NCBI RefSeq assembly: GCF_001194135.2
Contig: NC_068996.1
Location: forward strand, 29,079,597-29,125,544
Reading direction: 5' to 3'
Length of the DNA stretch: 45,948 nucleotides
From: Octopus bimaculoides
Lineage: Eukaryota
Shown: in pieces, positions 11,830-25,234 of the stretch
Layout: each line of letters opens with the position of its first letter
Position numbering within the stretch: the stretch's first letter is position 1
Translations under genes and position numbers: made by a program
The notes under the pieces: generated by a model
Told to the model about the DNA's origin: nothing
Database searches by the model: none
Seen by the model: the letters and a program-made list of their open reading frames with translations, nothing else

Positions 11830-12110
11830 TCCTTTATTTGTTTCAGTCATTGGACTAGGTATGCTGGGGCATTGCCTTGAAAAATTCAGTTTATCAAACA
11901 GACCTTAGTACTTATTGTTTTTTAAGTCCGGCACTTATTCTATTAGTTACTTTTGCTGAACTGTTAAGGTATAGAGGTGTGTATATGGTGTGTGTGTGTG
12001 TAATGGGCTTCCACATAGTAGAAGATGCTTGCCCATGGTGCTGCATAATGGAACTGAACCTGATACCAAGTAGTTGCAAAGCAAAATTCTTGACCATACA
12101 GCCATGCTTG
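11830..12110 (-). mobile_element. Decayed tRNA-SINE
   Basis: Reverse-complement head GCATGGCTGTATGGTCAAG...GTTCAGTTCC and 3' end ...ATGACTGAAACAAATAAAGG. Confidence 0.7.
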
Positions 12111-13417
12111 AGTAAATTCTAGGTGGCTATTCAATCTTCTGCAAATAATGGCCAAATTTCCCTCAAATCTCACCTGACTATCTTAAAAAAAAAAAAAAAA
12201 GAAATGAAGGATACACTGGATTCTATAGTCCAAGGTATATTATACCTTAGTAAAAAGAAATGAGAGCGACATTGCTGGAATGTCTTTGTTGAGAACTTGG
12301 GGCCAAACTACAACAATTGAAGACTTTTTGAGCTATAGCATGCACCAAAATAAGGCATACCACTTAAGATTGAGTCACTTTTGAAAAACAACTCACTGGT
12401 TTGGCTAAGACAATGTTTCTCATACAAGTGAACTAGCTCTCTCCTCAGAAAAGCTTTAGAGGATTTGAAGAGGAGCAAACGAATTGCTATGTTTATCAAA
12501 GCTATTAGATGTTCTAAACTTTCCAACACTATGGTGAAAAAAAGAATTATCTTTGCTCTTAATAACAAACAAATGGGATAAAAATTTCAGTATCATCTTT
12601 TGGAGGAGGAAGGGAAGAGGGAACTGATATTTGTGAGTTTGAGAACCACTGAGTCAAGAGGCATTTAGCCATTACTACTTGGCACCACTGTTCTAGTGAG
12701 AGAGCACAAATTGTTGTTCTGACTCTGCAGTTCATCTTGTACTGGACAGGATAGCCAAGCTAAGTTCTTTAGTCCTAGGTCTACACAGATCTCAGCTATG
12801 ACAATTTTTATCTTTTATTCAGATAGAATGTACCTAAGACCACATAATACAATGTATATTTCATTTTAAAAGACAGCAGGATGCGATTTAAGGAACATTT
12901 TGTGGCTATTTGTTTCTAGTAGGTTGAAAGACTTCTTGAATACTTTCATGTTGGTATGGACACAGCCAAATTGAAGATACCATTAACACACAGTCTGTTG
13001 ATAAAATAAAGCTAAGGTATGTCACAATGTTTGTTCAACTACTAGAAATGGCTAAATTCATTAAGATTGTTTTTTTGTTTCTCTAATAAAGTTAAGATAA
13101 ACTTAGATTTTGATTTCATATATTTCAATTTCTTTTTGAAGCCAATAAAATTAAGACAGGAATATGCCATTCAGCAAATGTAACATCAAAAGTGCTCCAG
13201 CTGTAATTATCTGCATTAGACATACTATTTCTGGGACTATGTTATTAAATGTTTCTTTTCTTTTTCAAGAATCACATATTCATAAAAAACATGACATATG
13301 AAATAATGAAGGCATTACTATATATAAATATAAGGTAATGACCCCCACCTCCACCCCACCCAAGAAAAGACAAAATGAGAGAGATAAGTTTTTAAAATGT
13401 GCTGTTAGTTTAACATT

Positions 13418-13705
13418 GGCATGGCTGTTGCTAAGAAGTTTGCTTCCCAATCACATAGTTCCAAGTTCAGTCCCACTGCATGGCATCTTGAGCAAGTGTC
13501 TTCTACTATAGTCTCAAGCCAACCAAAGCCTTGTAAGTGGATTTAGTAGATGGGAATTGAAAGAAACCTGTTGTATGTACGTGTATTATCTTTGTGTCTG
13601 TGTTTATCCCTCACCACTGCTTGACACCGGGGGTTGATTTATTCTACTAAAATTCTTCAAGGTGGTGTCCCAGCATGGCCTAATGACTGAAACAAGTAAA
13701 AGATA
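13418..13705 (+). mobile_element. Decayed, internally deleted tRNA-SINE
   Basis: Collinear with the 7379 family: GGCATGGCTG...GAGCAAGTGTCTTCTACTATAG...ATGACTGAAACAAGTAAAAG. Confidence 0.8.
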
Positions 13706-13709
13706 GATA

Positions 13710-13746
<37 letters not shown>

Positions 13747-13820
13747 GGATAATAAAATGAATGGTTTACAGCTAGTAGCTTACTGGTAAAGCATGGTCAC
13801 TTTCACAGTAATTGTTATGC

Positions 13821-15407
13821 ATATGGTAAATGAAAGACAAAAGATGGAATATACAAGAATTTATTATTAATCACTACAATTGTTTCAACACATATAGCAT
13901 TGATTCCTCATGGGTGGGACACTCAACTGCTTGTTCAGGAGCATCCGGTGGTGCAGATGTGTCTTATTGGGTGACACAACTTGTTAAAATAACATTTCTG
14001 CAATGTATCTTCTCACTTCATTTACATAAAAAATCAAAAGTAAAATCACAGATGGAAAAAAAGAGAAACAAACATGCAATACTGCGAGAAAATCATTAAT
14101 AATAACCGTTAACAAATACGTATGTATAAATGCCCTCAGGCAAGCTGTATGGTGTGAGTGCACTCGTTCATACAAGCATTCGCGAAAGTGTGAGCATATG
14201 TACACATGAGGTTTGGTGCATTCATGATAACAAAGTGAGTTAACTATCTACTTGGTATTTGTTAGAATGGGGAGGTTAATAGTAAACTTAAGCCATCCAT
14301 ACCTTAAAGTAAATTAAATTACCAGTTACTCAAAATTCATTCCCACTGCATTGTGCGAAAGTACATTTATATGCATGTAGGCATCTTAAGAGTCTTTCAG
14401 AAATTCTATTAATGATCTCATTAATCCACAGAATAGAAAGGGATTCCTTGGAGCAGAGACGGCATCTCCTGGAAATTATATTGTATGGTTTTGTGTGCCT
14501 TACTATGGACCAAATTATCCTGTACTTCATTTTATCCTCCTTCAGTTGCCATACAAAATCTGCCAAAGATGTTGAATGTCTCTTATTGATTGTCTTAAAG
14601 CTGGTGACATGGTTTCAATAACAATTCTTAAATGAATCAGCCATCTGCCTAATATAAACACATGACCCTCCCCTTGTGTGCACAGTATGTTTATATACAA
14701 AATTTGTATTCATATAGAGATTCATTAATGGACATTTTGATTTTTCCCAGCATGAGCATTTATCATATTTATTTGTATACAAGCCAGTCCCAACTCCATT
14801 TACCGACATTGTTACCATGTTAGCTGTATCATATAATTGTACTTTCGCACAATGCAGTGGGAATGAATTTTGAGTAACTCTTAACATAATTTACTTTAAG
14901 GTATGGATGGCTTAAAGTTTACTGTTAACCTCTGCATTCTAACAAACACCAAGTAGATAGTTAACTCATTTTGTGATTATGTGTGCACCAAACCTCATAT
15001 GTGCATATGCTCACATTTTTGCAGACACTTGTATGAGTGAGTGCACTCGCACCATGCAGCTTTCCTGAGGGCGTTTATACATCCATATTTGTCAATGGTT
15101 ATTTTTAATAATTTTCTTGCTGTATTGCATGTTTGTTTCTCTTTTTTCTATCTGATTTTATTTTTGATCTTCTATGTAAATGAAGACATTTCCTTCATCT
15201 AGCTGCTTTTCTTTCTACAAAATGACAAGTTACATTGTGGAACTGTTATTTCAACAAGTTAATCTATCTATCACCCGATGAGATACATCTGCACCACCGG
15301 ATGCTCCTGAACCAGTAGCTGAGTGTCCCACATGTGAGGGATCAAAGCTGGATATGTTGAAACAATTGTCGTGATTAATAATAAATTCTCATCTTCCATT
15401 TTTCATT

Positions 15408-15415
<8 letters not shown>
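13821..15415 (-). mobile_element. Penelope-like element (GIY-YIG) with inverted pseudo-LTR arms
   Basis: Arms 13821-14373 and 14830-15415 are reverse complements (roughly 80% identical by eye). The spacer reads on minus KCSCWEKSKCPL...NFVYKHTV...VYIRQMADSFKNCY*NHVTSFK...STSLADFVWQLKEDKMKYRIIWSIVRHTKPYNIISRRCRLCSKE...RCLH, a PLE GIY-YIG domain. Confidence 0.9.

Positions 15416-15451
<36 letters not shown>
15412..15451. repeat. (AT)n microsatellite
   Basis: Direct run abutting the right PLE arm. Confidence 0.95.
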
Positions 15452-15454
<3 letters not shown>

Positions 15455-16199
15455 CCAAAAAGGGAAGGCTCTTTGTGATTAATTGATTTGTTTGAAATGT
15501 TTGAAACAGCAACAAAATCTTCCCCAGATGTCAACATACACAGGTGCATAAAGACTGACATGCTCTACAAAACCTAAACATATTTTAATTTGATCAGAAA
15601 AACAGAATTTATTAAAAAAATTCAATGCAATTAGTCTGGTGCTAATTTGTGTCAGACATCTGCTTCCAATGAGGGGAACCTCTGTGTAGTTGTTCAATCA
15701 GCTAGAAATAACAGTCAAATTCCTCCCTTGACTCACTACTACAGTTGAGCTCTTAAGCTTTTTGATTATGTGACTCTAGAAATCAAGCTGAAAAAAAAAA
15801 TTAGAGTTGCATTTTGTATGGAAAGTTAAAAAATAACCTGTGCACTCAGCATGGAAAGTTAAGTCACTCTCATACTCTGCATAAAGTTAAAAGGAAAAGG
15901 AGTTTTTAAAATTACAAAAAAATACAGAAAATTATTGTTTACTTCTCAGATACTTTTGTACATTTCTTAAAGAAAAGCACACATATAATATAACACTAGA
16001 TATAATAAAAATCATAGCTTTTATGTGTATTTTTGCATGCTGGCATGGATTGGATAGGACTTTTTGAGACAATGGCTTCATAGTTGGATGCTTTTCTTTA
16101 TTACTTGTCTCTTAAGGCATGCAAAAATAGTCAATAATAAATACATACATTTTTTCTGTGTGTATGTGTTTATTTATATTTGTATATGTGTGTATATAT

Positions 16200-16249
16200 A
16201 TCTATGTCTGTATGTGAATGTGTGTGTGTATGTGTGTGTTTGTATGTAT

Positions 16250-16343
<94 letters not shown>
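16200..16343. repeat. (TG)n microsatellite
   Basis: Direct run. Confidence 0.95.
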
Positions 16344-16344
<1 letters not shown>

Positions 16345-17299
16345 ATCATTGTTGTTGGCTTCATCTCATATCTGAAAATTTAGTTTCTTTACTGAACACC
16401 TCCTTTATGGTGATGGCATTGATTGCTGTGTAGACCAATTACTCACATAGGCACAGAAAAATTGTGCACTAAGAAGGAAAGGACTAAATCAGACATGAAC
16501 TATTAAAATAAACAGTGGAGAGTGAAAACAAAAATATGAAGATATATAAATAATTTATTGGAGATAACTGTCATTTCATAAGAATATACATGAAAAGATG
16601 GGAAACTTAATAATAATTAGAAGACAATACAGAGCAAAAGTAAACTCTCCATTTAATGGACTAATGGGAAAGAAAGTGTATCTATTATTGCTGAAAGTTT
16701 GCTAAACTGAAGGTGACCTAAGAACTATTTCTCTCCTTTCTCTTATACATGTTATTAGATAATCTCACTCTCAAAAAAAAAAAAGACTTTTCTCTCTTTT
16801 GTCTCACCAGTTCTTTAACTTGCTAGTCAGACGGTTCACTAGGATTTCTTGCATCTGTTTCTCTTTGCTATTGTTACTCTTATTTGCTCCTGTTTTATAT
16901 TTCACATTCATCTCGTTTCTATATTTCTCTGTGTGAAACAGTACTTCTCTCCCTCTCTCTTTCTTTTCCTCAAAAGTTAGATATACCTCTAGATTACTCT
17001 ATGAATACAATTTAAAGCTAAAAATTATTTGGCCAACCCCTGATCAACTTATTCAAATATCACTTGAAGAGGAAAATAAGGATAGAGAGGGAAGTGTTGC
17101 CTTCTAGCCATTTTGCTGAAAGGTAGATGAAAGTGACAAGAATGGTATAAGTGAATGGGCCTGCCCTGAATGTACTTCTGTAATTGGAGAAGAGGAAATG
17201 AGAAAAGGCACCTGCCTTAGGAGTCAGGACACTCATAATGTGGGTTTTCCATGAGCAGCCTTTGAATGTCTTCTCTCTATTGAGGATTATACACTGTTA

Positions 17300-17790
17300 A
17301 AATTGTTTTTTTTCCCCCATTATATCGAACCTGTTTACAAGGCAAAATCCTCACAACAGCGTACAACAAATGAATTATCTAACAGGTTAAGAGTATGACT
17401 GTGAATTCAAGCAGCCAAAATGGGGTTCTTCCAAAGTGTCTCTAAAGCAATGTTATTTGACAATATGTAGTTCAGAGATCAGGGAGTCTTTTCAGATTGA
17501 ACCATTACCTCTCTGTATTGAGAGATCACAGCTCCAGTACTATGGACATGTGATTAGAATGTCACAGGAAAGAATTGCAAAATGGATTCTTCAAGCCAAC
17601 CCAACCAGTAGGAGACCTGGGAGCAGACTATAAAAATGAGGTGTTAGATAATATCCATAGTCTCAGTTGGTCACACCTGGGAAACTAGCAGGAAAATGTA
17701 ATAAGAGTTACTTCTGATAGGGCCCAATGAAGAAGGTGCCTGAGGACCTTACCTCCACAACCCTCCCAGGAATTGTAGGTAGAGAAAATG
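17300..17790 (+). mobile_element. RTE-clade LINE 3' fragment
   Basis: EIRESFQIEPLPLCIERSQLQYYGHVIRMSQERIAKWILQANPTSRRPGSR matches the RTE C-terminal LRWxGHVxRM...RxxGRP motif. Confidence 0.8.
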
Positions 17791-18202
17791 GATGAAAGTG
17801 AACTACAACCAGCATGTGTACTTTTTTTTTTTTGCAGAAGGGCCCTCTCAAAGAACAATATCTGCTTCAACATATAGTTTTACATCAAGTATTTGTGAAA
17901 CAAACACAAACAAGAAATATTCTCTCTCCTCACACACACACACAACCACACATAAACAATGGCAATCAGCTACGATTTTAACAATCAGTTCACTTAGCTG
18001 TCACAATTTTAGCAACTGCTTTACTTAATTACAAAACTATTAACTGTCAATTAAGTATAAAAAGACTACAAATTATTGCTGCATCAAAATATTTTTTCAT
18101 TAATTACATTATTCTGCTTGTTACAATATACGTTTAGAATGACACTTTAAACAATCTTTAACCAGTGACCAAAATCAAAGGATAGAAACTGTAAGAAGCT
18201 CC

Positions 18203-18261
18203 TCTGTGTTTGTGTGTGTATGTGTGTGTGTGCATGTGTGTGCATGAGTGTGTGTGTGTGT

Positions 18262-18303
<42 letters not shown>
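18203..18303. repeat. (TG)n microsatellite
   Basis: Direct run. Confidence 0.9.
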
Positions 18304-18305
<2 letters not shown>

Positions 18306-18488
18306 ATGGGTTGGGCTGTGTTTGTGTCTTCCCTTGTCTAGAGGTTAATGTTCAGACTGAAAATAATGACACTGTGTATACAAACAGCGTTATTTGCTTA
18401 CACTCTTCTACAAAAACAAAGCAAGTGATTATCTGTTCAATGTTTAAAAGACTGGTGGAATATCACTTTGTTTGGAAATAAGTGAGGG

Positions 18489-18498
18489 NNNNNNNNNN
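18489..18498. other. Assembly gap
   Basis: Ns. Confidence 1.
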
Positions 18499-18595
18499 AT
18501 ATATATATATATATATATATATATGTGTATGTATACGATATATATATATATATATATCTTACACACACACACACACATATATCTTATATATATAT

Positions 18596-18686
18596 ATCAT
18601 CATCATCATCATCGTTTAACGTCCGCTTTCCATGCTAGCATGGGTTGGACGATTTGACTGAGGACTGGTGAAACCGGATGGCAACA
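18596..18686 (-). mobile_element. 3' tip of the (GAT)n-tailed family
   Basis: Appears identical to the 3' end of the 10111-10390 copy, then stops abruptly. Confidence 0.9.
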
Positions 18687-19499
18687 TATAATAGCAATGT
18701 TTCCCAGCATTGACCAGGTGTTATGACCTAGAAGCACATTGTATTATTTGCTCCTTTCTTATGGGCAGAATCGGCACAGCTGATATATAGTTAATGGAAT
18801 AATGGAAGTTATTGTTTGTTTAATAGTGAAGGGCAAGGGTACAATTTGCATGGGTGTGCATGAAAGTGGTTTCTGTTCTTAAGAAGGATCAGAGACTATG
18901 CACTGTTTCATCAAATGAAAGTGTGTTAATACGATTGTATCCAGAAATTACATTTTCAAAATTTTAATTTCCCTCTGTCCCCACCGCAATTTCTCAATAT
19001 GTAACTTTTAACAACGTTTTTGTTTTTTTTTGTTATCTACATAGAAAAATACAGAAATTACACCCATCACACATACCAGCTTTCAAAAAGCTAAAGTCTC
19101 CCAATCTTTCATTTTTGTCTGATAGATGCATAGAATTCTACTAAAATAGTAGACTTAAAAAATACTAGACCACCACCAGAAAACCTGACATGCTAGAAAC
19201 AACAGGTAAACAACATTATTTCTGAAGAAACTTCCCTGCTTTCTAAAAAGCTAAAAGTGAACATTGGGAGTGTGTAGCTGTTTAAAAGTGTGAGGTGACG
19301 GATAAAATTCTTAGATTCGTACTCTCTGTTTTACCAAGAATAAAAATTCGAAAAAAGTAAAAAATGAATTTGGTATGGAGAGGGAGAAAATGAAAATATT
19401 GAGAATGTGTTTTTGTGGGTGAAATCCTAATCTCCTGTATCGCAAACATAGGAATCAAATGAAATTTAGGAAAATGAATAAGTGGGGGCAGTAATGTCA

Positions 19500-20900
19500 C
19501 TTCGGAAATTCAGTATATAATATTCTCACAGAATATATTTAAGGATCAAAGGTACTTCCTGAGTCAATAGTTCATAAAGCAGCTTTCCTGGATTCTGTGG
19601 TGTATGTAAATCTGATAGTGGCCTGAGTGCACAAATTCTATCTCTTACTTTATAGGCTCGCTATAATTTGTTATGCTTAAGTTTTGGTTGTGTTTCAACT
19701 ATAGCCATGCAACTCAATCTTGTTATGATTAATTTGGAAGCCTATTTCTTTTGCATTTGCAGCTAAGTTATTAATGAAATATTGAAAGTTAGCAATGTTA
19801 CTGTGAATACCAGTAATATCATCTGTATAGCTTAGGTTAGAAATTATTTGATTCTCTATAGTGAACCTAGTATTATTTTCTTCTTGAGTATGATGAAAGC
19901 AGTATGTTATCAAAAGTATACAATCAATGAAAACAATATGAATTAGGTTACTGAATTCAACCGATTAAAAAAAAAAACTGCTGCAAAGAAAATATTTATT
20001 CTATTGTACCACTTCCAGGCTGGTAGGCAACGTTAGAGGTAGAAGTTCATTTTTTGTTTATACAAGAAGTAATGATTTCCAGGAAAAATTAATAGATGTG
20101 ATTTAGAAGGTTTATTTGTTGATAGCTTTTACGTTTGGCTGAAATAGGCATTTTGTAAATTACAACAATGAGCGTTGCTTTTAAAAGAAGATGGTATATC
20201 ACCAGTCATCAGGTTGCTGTTAAATTGTTTCTGTTGAACGTCTATGTCTGAGAGTCAGATACGAGAAATTTAACACAAACATTATCAAAACCAGCACTGT
20301 ATCATTTTTTTATACAAGCAATAGATTTACCTCTGATAATATTGCTAGAATGTTAAATTTACTGTTTGGTTGTGTGAAGAATATATCAGCAAATATTTTT
20401 ACAGAATGTTGATCAATTTTCAAGGATATCATCCCTATTTGTTAAGACAACACCATCTTTACATTTGATCGCCCAGCAAATGGAATGTTGCTTAAACTTC
20501 ATTTCTTTCAATACTAAGAAAGAATTGTTTACTTGGTGGTAGTTGACTAAGCTTATAATCTCTTATGAGTTTGAAGAGTTTACCTTTCTTAACAAACTTC
20601 TTTGTTTTAGCTTTAGCTACTTTGTACTCGGTGTCACTATATGACTTTCTAATAACCTTGTTTTCTATAACTATTTTAGTTTCATTTGACACTCGTTCTT
20701 GGTAGTGCTCTCTCTCAGGTGGAATGACAGCTTTTACTGTTGAAATCTATTCAAAGATTATGTTTTCTGAGAGGTTGTCTATGTCATTAAGGTCATCAGT
20801 GAGAAAAAGCAGTTAGAAACAGATATTTAGTTCAAGTTGAAATTTTGGCACCTGTTCTATATCTTTAAGAGCTACTGTGTTCAATATAATTTCAATTAAA
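19500..20900 (-). mobile_element. Decayed LINE ORF2 (linker + reverse transcriptase)
   Basis: Minus pieces: FQLELN..., WAIKCKDGVVLTNRDDILE, AGFDNVCVKFL, FNSNLMTGDIPSSFK, and NLSYTDDI (YADD box, ~19818-19829) followed by AKEIGFQINHNK. Confidence 0.8.
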
Positions 20901-21850
20901 GTCAAAGTTAATATATATATGTATCACCTACTCTGAATAGACAGCTTAAAAAATTGAAGCATTTCAAAACTACATTATGAGATTTAATAGTACTTAACAC
21001 CTAACTACGGGATTAAAATAGTAAATCATTGAGAAATTACACAACTATAATAAATTTTTAGTAATGTTAAAAAGCAATTCTTAAAAACTAATTGCCTACA
21101 TCAAGCATTCATTTCATGATCTAATACTGTCTGGAGGATATAATACCAGGAAGGAGAAACCAAAGACCAGATCCTAAAATGGTTTAATGTCAGCTGTGTG
21201 CTGAACTCAAAGAAATGACAGTGAGCTAGGACAGAGAAGAGAAAATATGTATGACATTTTGTACTCTACTACAAACAGAAACATCACTTAATAACACACA
21301 CACACACACACACACAATTGAATCTTTGTCAGAATTTTCTGATCATGAGTTTTCAGTTGTTTGTTCAAGTGAATTATCAAGCTCATTGAATAAATATATG
21401 TGACAGAGAATTCCACAGACCCTTGATGTGATTCTACATTAAGATCAGTAGGACAGAATAACAAGACTGGCTCTTTGAATTACTGGTCAAATCCATCCAA
21501 AAGGTTTCCAACAATGCCATTCAAATAGAATGAAGTAGACATTGTTCAACATGCCAAGCAGATAGATCAAGTCCTTGATCTTGTAACTGAGAAGAAAACT
21601 TCTCAACCATTCAGCTACAGATTGTATGCATGCGTATATGCATGTGAGATCATCATCATTATCAACATTATTAAATATCCACTTTTTCCATCAGATAGAA
21701 TTTGTTGAAACAGATTTTTTACAGTTGTATGCCTTTCCAAGCGAAGTAATATTCGTTTGTATGATGGTGATGCTTGTTTACAGTCATCACGTGATGTCAA
21801 ACAAGGGTACATACACACACACACATATATGCTGGCTTATTTTTATTTCT

Positions 21851-21990
21851 GTATACCAAATCCACTCAAGGCTTTGGTCAGCCCAGGGCTATGTTAGAAA
21901 ACATTTGCTGAAGGCGCAGTGTTGTGGGATTGAACCTAAGACTACATGATTGGGAAACAAGCTTCTTAACCACACAGTCATGCCTATGCC
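21851..21990 (-). mobile_element. tRNA-SINE head fragment
   Basis: Reverse complement GGCATGACTGTGTGGTTAAGAAGCTTG...GGTTCAATCCC...GACCAAAGCCTTGAGTGGATTTGG. Confidence 0.75.
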
Positions 21991-22289
21991 TGTATGTATA
22001 TATTGTGTGTATGTGTATTCAAGTTTAATTGTCATCATCATCATCATTAGGTTGAACTTGTTCAGATTTGCATGTCTCTTGTATCCTCCACCTGTTTCTA
22101 TCTTCCATGACAATAAATCCCCTCAGTTACAGCCAGAATCATCTGTTAATTGATCACAGTGCAACCAATGTGATTTCTGACCACGTTGAAATGTTCAAAC
22201 TAGGGTGTCTTTCACCAGTTCCCCTTTATTTATTTAAATATCCAGTAAAGCAAATTATTCTTTTCTAACAGTGCTTAATACTTTAGGAA

Positions 22290-22760
22290 ACTTATTGTGC
22301 AATCTTTCTTTACTAAGATGTTTTTCCAGGATATATTCAAAATGGCACAAAGCCTAAGTGTATAGGTACCATCCAGCATAGTTTCAAACCTTTTGGTTAC
22401 TGTCCAGATGGAAGAAGTTCTTTTCAGATTCTTGGAGGGCTTAGGTTTTCATATTATGCTGAGACTAAGTTCTGCCCAAGTTTTGCAGATACATAGCTTA
22501 ACATCTACCTCTGTAGATACAATGTTGATCCTGAGATACATAAAAGAATTTATAGATGAGATAATTCATCTTCCAAATTGTATCTGATGAATTCTATTTT
22601 TTCTAGTATCAACATAGAGACCATGGATTCTTATGGCATCTTCTAGATTAATTGCTCCTTCAGTTCTATCTGATGTAATGATTAAATTATCAGCATAGTC
22701 TGCATTTGTTATTCTTGAGGCTAAGTATCTGGAACTTTTTTATTTTGTGGGGGCAAAATC
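22290..22760 (-). mobile_element. LINE reverse-transcriptase fragment
   Basis: SRYLASRITNADYADNLIITSD...LEDAIRIHGLYVDTRKIEFIRYN (YADD box and GLxxNxxK motif). Confidence 0.8.
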
Positions 22761-22975
22761 ATGTTCCTTGTAAATCTTCCTGCTTTTGACTTTATGAAGG
22801 TAAGATGCAACAAGTTCTTGTAGCCTTTGGAATCTCTCAAAAAATAAATGCAATAATGATGCTCTGTAAATGTACTTGAGTTAAGGTGTACTTACTTGGC
22901 AGGGATAGAATTTTCAGGTGTTTTAGAAGGAGACACTTTTGCTCTCTTCTTATTCATGTGTATGTGTGTGGATAT

Positions 22976-23170
22976 CATCGTCATCATAATTTAACAATTG
23001 TCTTCCATGCTGGAATGAGATGGATGGTTTGACAGGAGCTACCAAGGCTGGGAACCATGCCAGGTTCCATTGTTTGTCTTAGCATGGTTTTTACAGCTAG
23101 ATACCTTTCTTAATGCCAACTACTTTACAGAGTTTACTGGCTGCTTTTTACATGGCACTAGTACCAATGC
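22976..23170 (-). mobile_element. Decayed (GAT)n-tailed SINE-like copy
   Basis: CATCATAATTTAAC...TCTTCCATGCTGG...ACAGCTAGATACCTTTCTAATGCCAAC. Confidence 0.7.
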
Positions 23171-23496
23171 TTTTTAGGAGGTATGAGAGGTGAATGTATT
23201 ACGTAATCACTTGTCATCCTTAGGATTACAGCCATTTCACAACCTTCTTCATGGTCAAATAAACAAATATATTCACTTCTCATATGTCCTGTTTTTTTTA
23301 TGGTTTATAATATTAATGAAATAATATTATGAATTGGATCTCCTGGGATTCAGCTGCATGGTACTCTGCATTGTACTAGAGTCTGCTGGAGGAGTTCTCT
23401 CTGAAAGTCACACAATTCTATGAATCCATATATTACATTACAAATTTATATATATGTGTGTGTGTGTGTGTGTGTATGTGTGTGTATATATATATA

Positions 23497-23596
23497 NNNN
23501 NNNNNNNNNNNNNNNNNNNNNNNNNNNNNNNNNNNNNNNNNNNNNNNNNNNNNNNNNNNNNNNNNNNNNNNNNNNNNNNNNNNNNNNNNNNNNNNN
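23497..23596. other. Assembly gap within (TG)/(TA) microsatellite
   Basis: 100 Ns. Confidence 1.
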
Positions 23597-23616
23597 TATA
23601 TATATATATATGGTAG

Positions 23617-24232
23617 ATCATGTAATCAAGGATATGAAGACGGGGTAAGTTGTAGGTCTATCAGAGACAGCTGCAGAAATGCTTAAAATTTCTGGCAAAG
23701 TAGGATACAAGATTACCAGACAGTTAATTAAATCATAGAAGAAAGTGTCATGCCCAACAACTGGCATAGCAGTATAATCATAAACTTCTATAAGGGCAAA
23801 AAAAGATGCTTCACAGAGAAGCAACTATAGAGGAGTCAAATTGCTAGAATGAAGGTCACAGAAAGTGTCATAGCCCAATTCATCCATGATAGAGTTGGCC
23901 TGGATGAAAAGCACTTTGGCTTTGTCTCTGGAAGAGGCATCACAGATGCAATCTTCCTAGTGAGGCAACTGCAGGAGAAATGCTTGGCTAAGAATAAACT
24001 ACCATTTTTTGGCTCTCATAAAGTTGGAGAAAGCATTTGATAGGTTACCATGCAAATTTAGGGATCACTGAGGAAACTAGATGAGGATGGTACAGCTATG
24101 TACAAGGATGCAGAAAGTAAAGTGGGAATTGACTGTGACTTCAGTGATGAATTTAGCATGAAGGCAGAAGTCAACCAAGGTTCAGTCTTTGTCCTCTCCT
24201 ACTCATCACAAAGGAGTTTAAAACTGGTTGTG
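23617..24232 (+). mobile_element. RTE-clade LINE RT, N-terminal domains
   Basis: KKDASQRSNYRGVKLLE*MKVTESVIAQFIHDRVGLDEKHFGFVSGRGITDAIFLVRQLQEKCLAKNK, then AFDRLP and EVNQGSV in shifted frames. Confidence 0.9.
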
Positions 24233-24559
24233 AAATTACTACACATTGTAAGGTATTGAACTATTCAATTACTCCAATAATGATGAAAATGACAATGATG
24301 ATGAATATCATCATAAGTGTTATATTTCCATACTAGCATAGCTATCTCTCTTGCATACTACAACTCATTTTTTTTTATTCTCAATTTTTCTCTCAGCTAA
24401 TCTGTAACTTGCTTTTCATTCACAGTAACATTACACAGCCAGTGGATCATGCTTGCTTAATTTCTTTCCAATCTTTACACATCTGTGACATTCAGTGTCT
24501 CTATCTTACTACCATGCAGCTTCACAGTTTGTACACAAACATTCAATTTACTCTTTGCT

Positions 24560-24830
24560 CAGAGAGAATTCTCTTGCTGTCAGCAGAAGAAATAACTTCC
24601 TGACCCTTCTTTTCAAGGCCAACAAATATTTCATTCCTCAACAATTATTTATATTCTCTAAAGCTCAAGTTAGGCCCACAATGGAATATTGCTTTCACAA
24701 TACTACAGCTATACACATAGCCATTCAGGACCACATTCAGAAAAAGGTTACTTGAATTGATTGGCATAAAGTTACTTTTAGACTGCCTTGAAGTTGGATG
24801 GATTCATGCTATCTCTGCCTCACATGTTTC
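24560..24830 (+). mobile_element. CR1/L2-type LINE C-terminal fragment
   Basis: KANKYFIPQQLFIFSKAQVRPTMEYCFH...DHIQKK matches CR1-like YKAQVRPxxEYCSHxW...LDxIQKK. Confidence 0.7.
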
Positions 24831-25234
24831 TCCTTCTCTCATCATCTTTCTTGTTTTGAACCCTAACCCCCAGGCCTTACACCTGTTCTTCTTTTTCAAA
24901 ATATTGACCCTCAAAGGAATTCCTTCTTTGCTCATATCTTTCCTGCAGGTATTGACTTATGAAAATTCAAGAGGAACATTAGTAGCATGAATCCTAGTAA
25001 TCTTGGTGGGCCTATAAAGGCTGTAGGTACTTTGTATTCCACCAGGCCCAACAAGTAAAAACAATGCATAACGATGCTGGAGACCTGGTAATTTTGAATA
25101 AAACCAGACAAGAGTTTCAATATCTCACTACAAATTTTCATGATTTTCAAAAAGCACCAAATCAGTATCAATCTATAAACCTAAAAGTTAGTGCTGGAGT
25201 CTCAGAACCAGATTCCAGTTTTAATCAGTAGTCA

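Noticed and set aside
15275-15370. Hammerhead ribozyme in the inverted PLE arm (GAAAC-AATT-GTC at 15359-15370)
   Set aside because: The 3' half looks right, but neither arm has CTGANGA correctly placed before a stem II.
16447-16468. 22-nt minus-strand micro-exon (strong acceptor, GTGAGT donor)
   Set aside because: Not a multiple of three, no partner exons, and such signals arise by chance; it needs RNA-seq.
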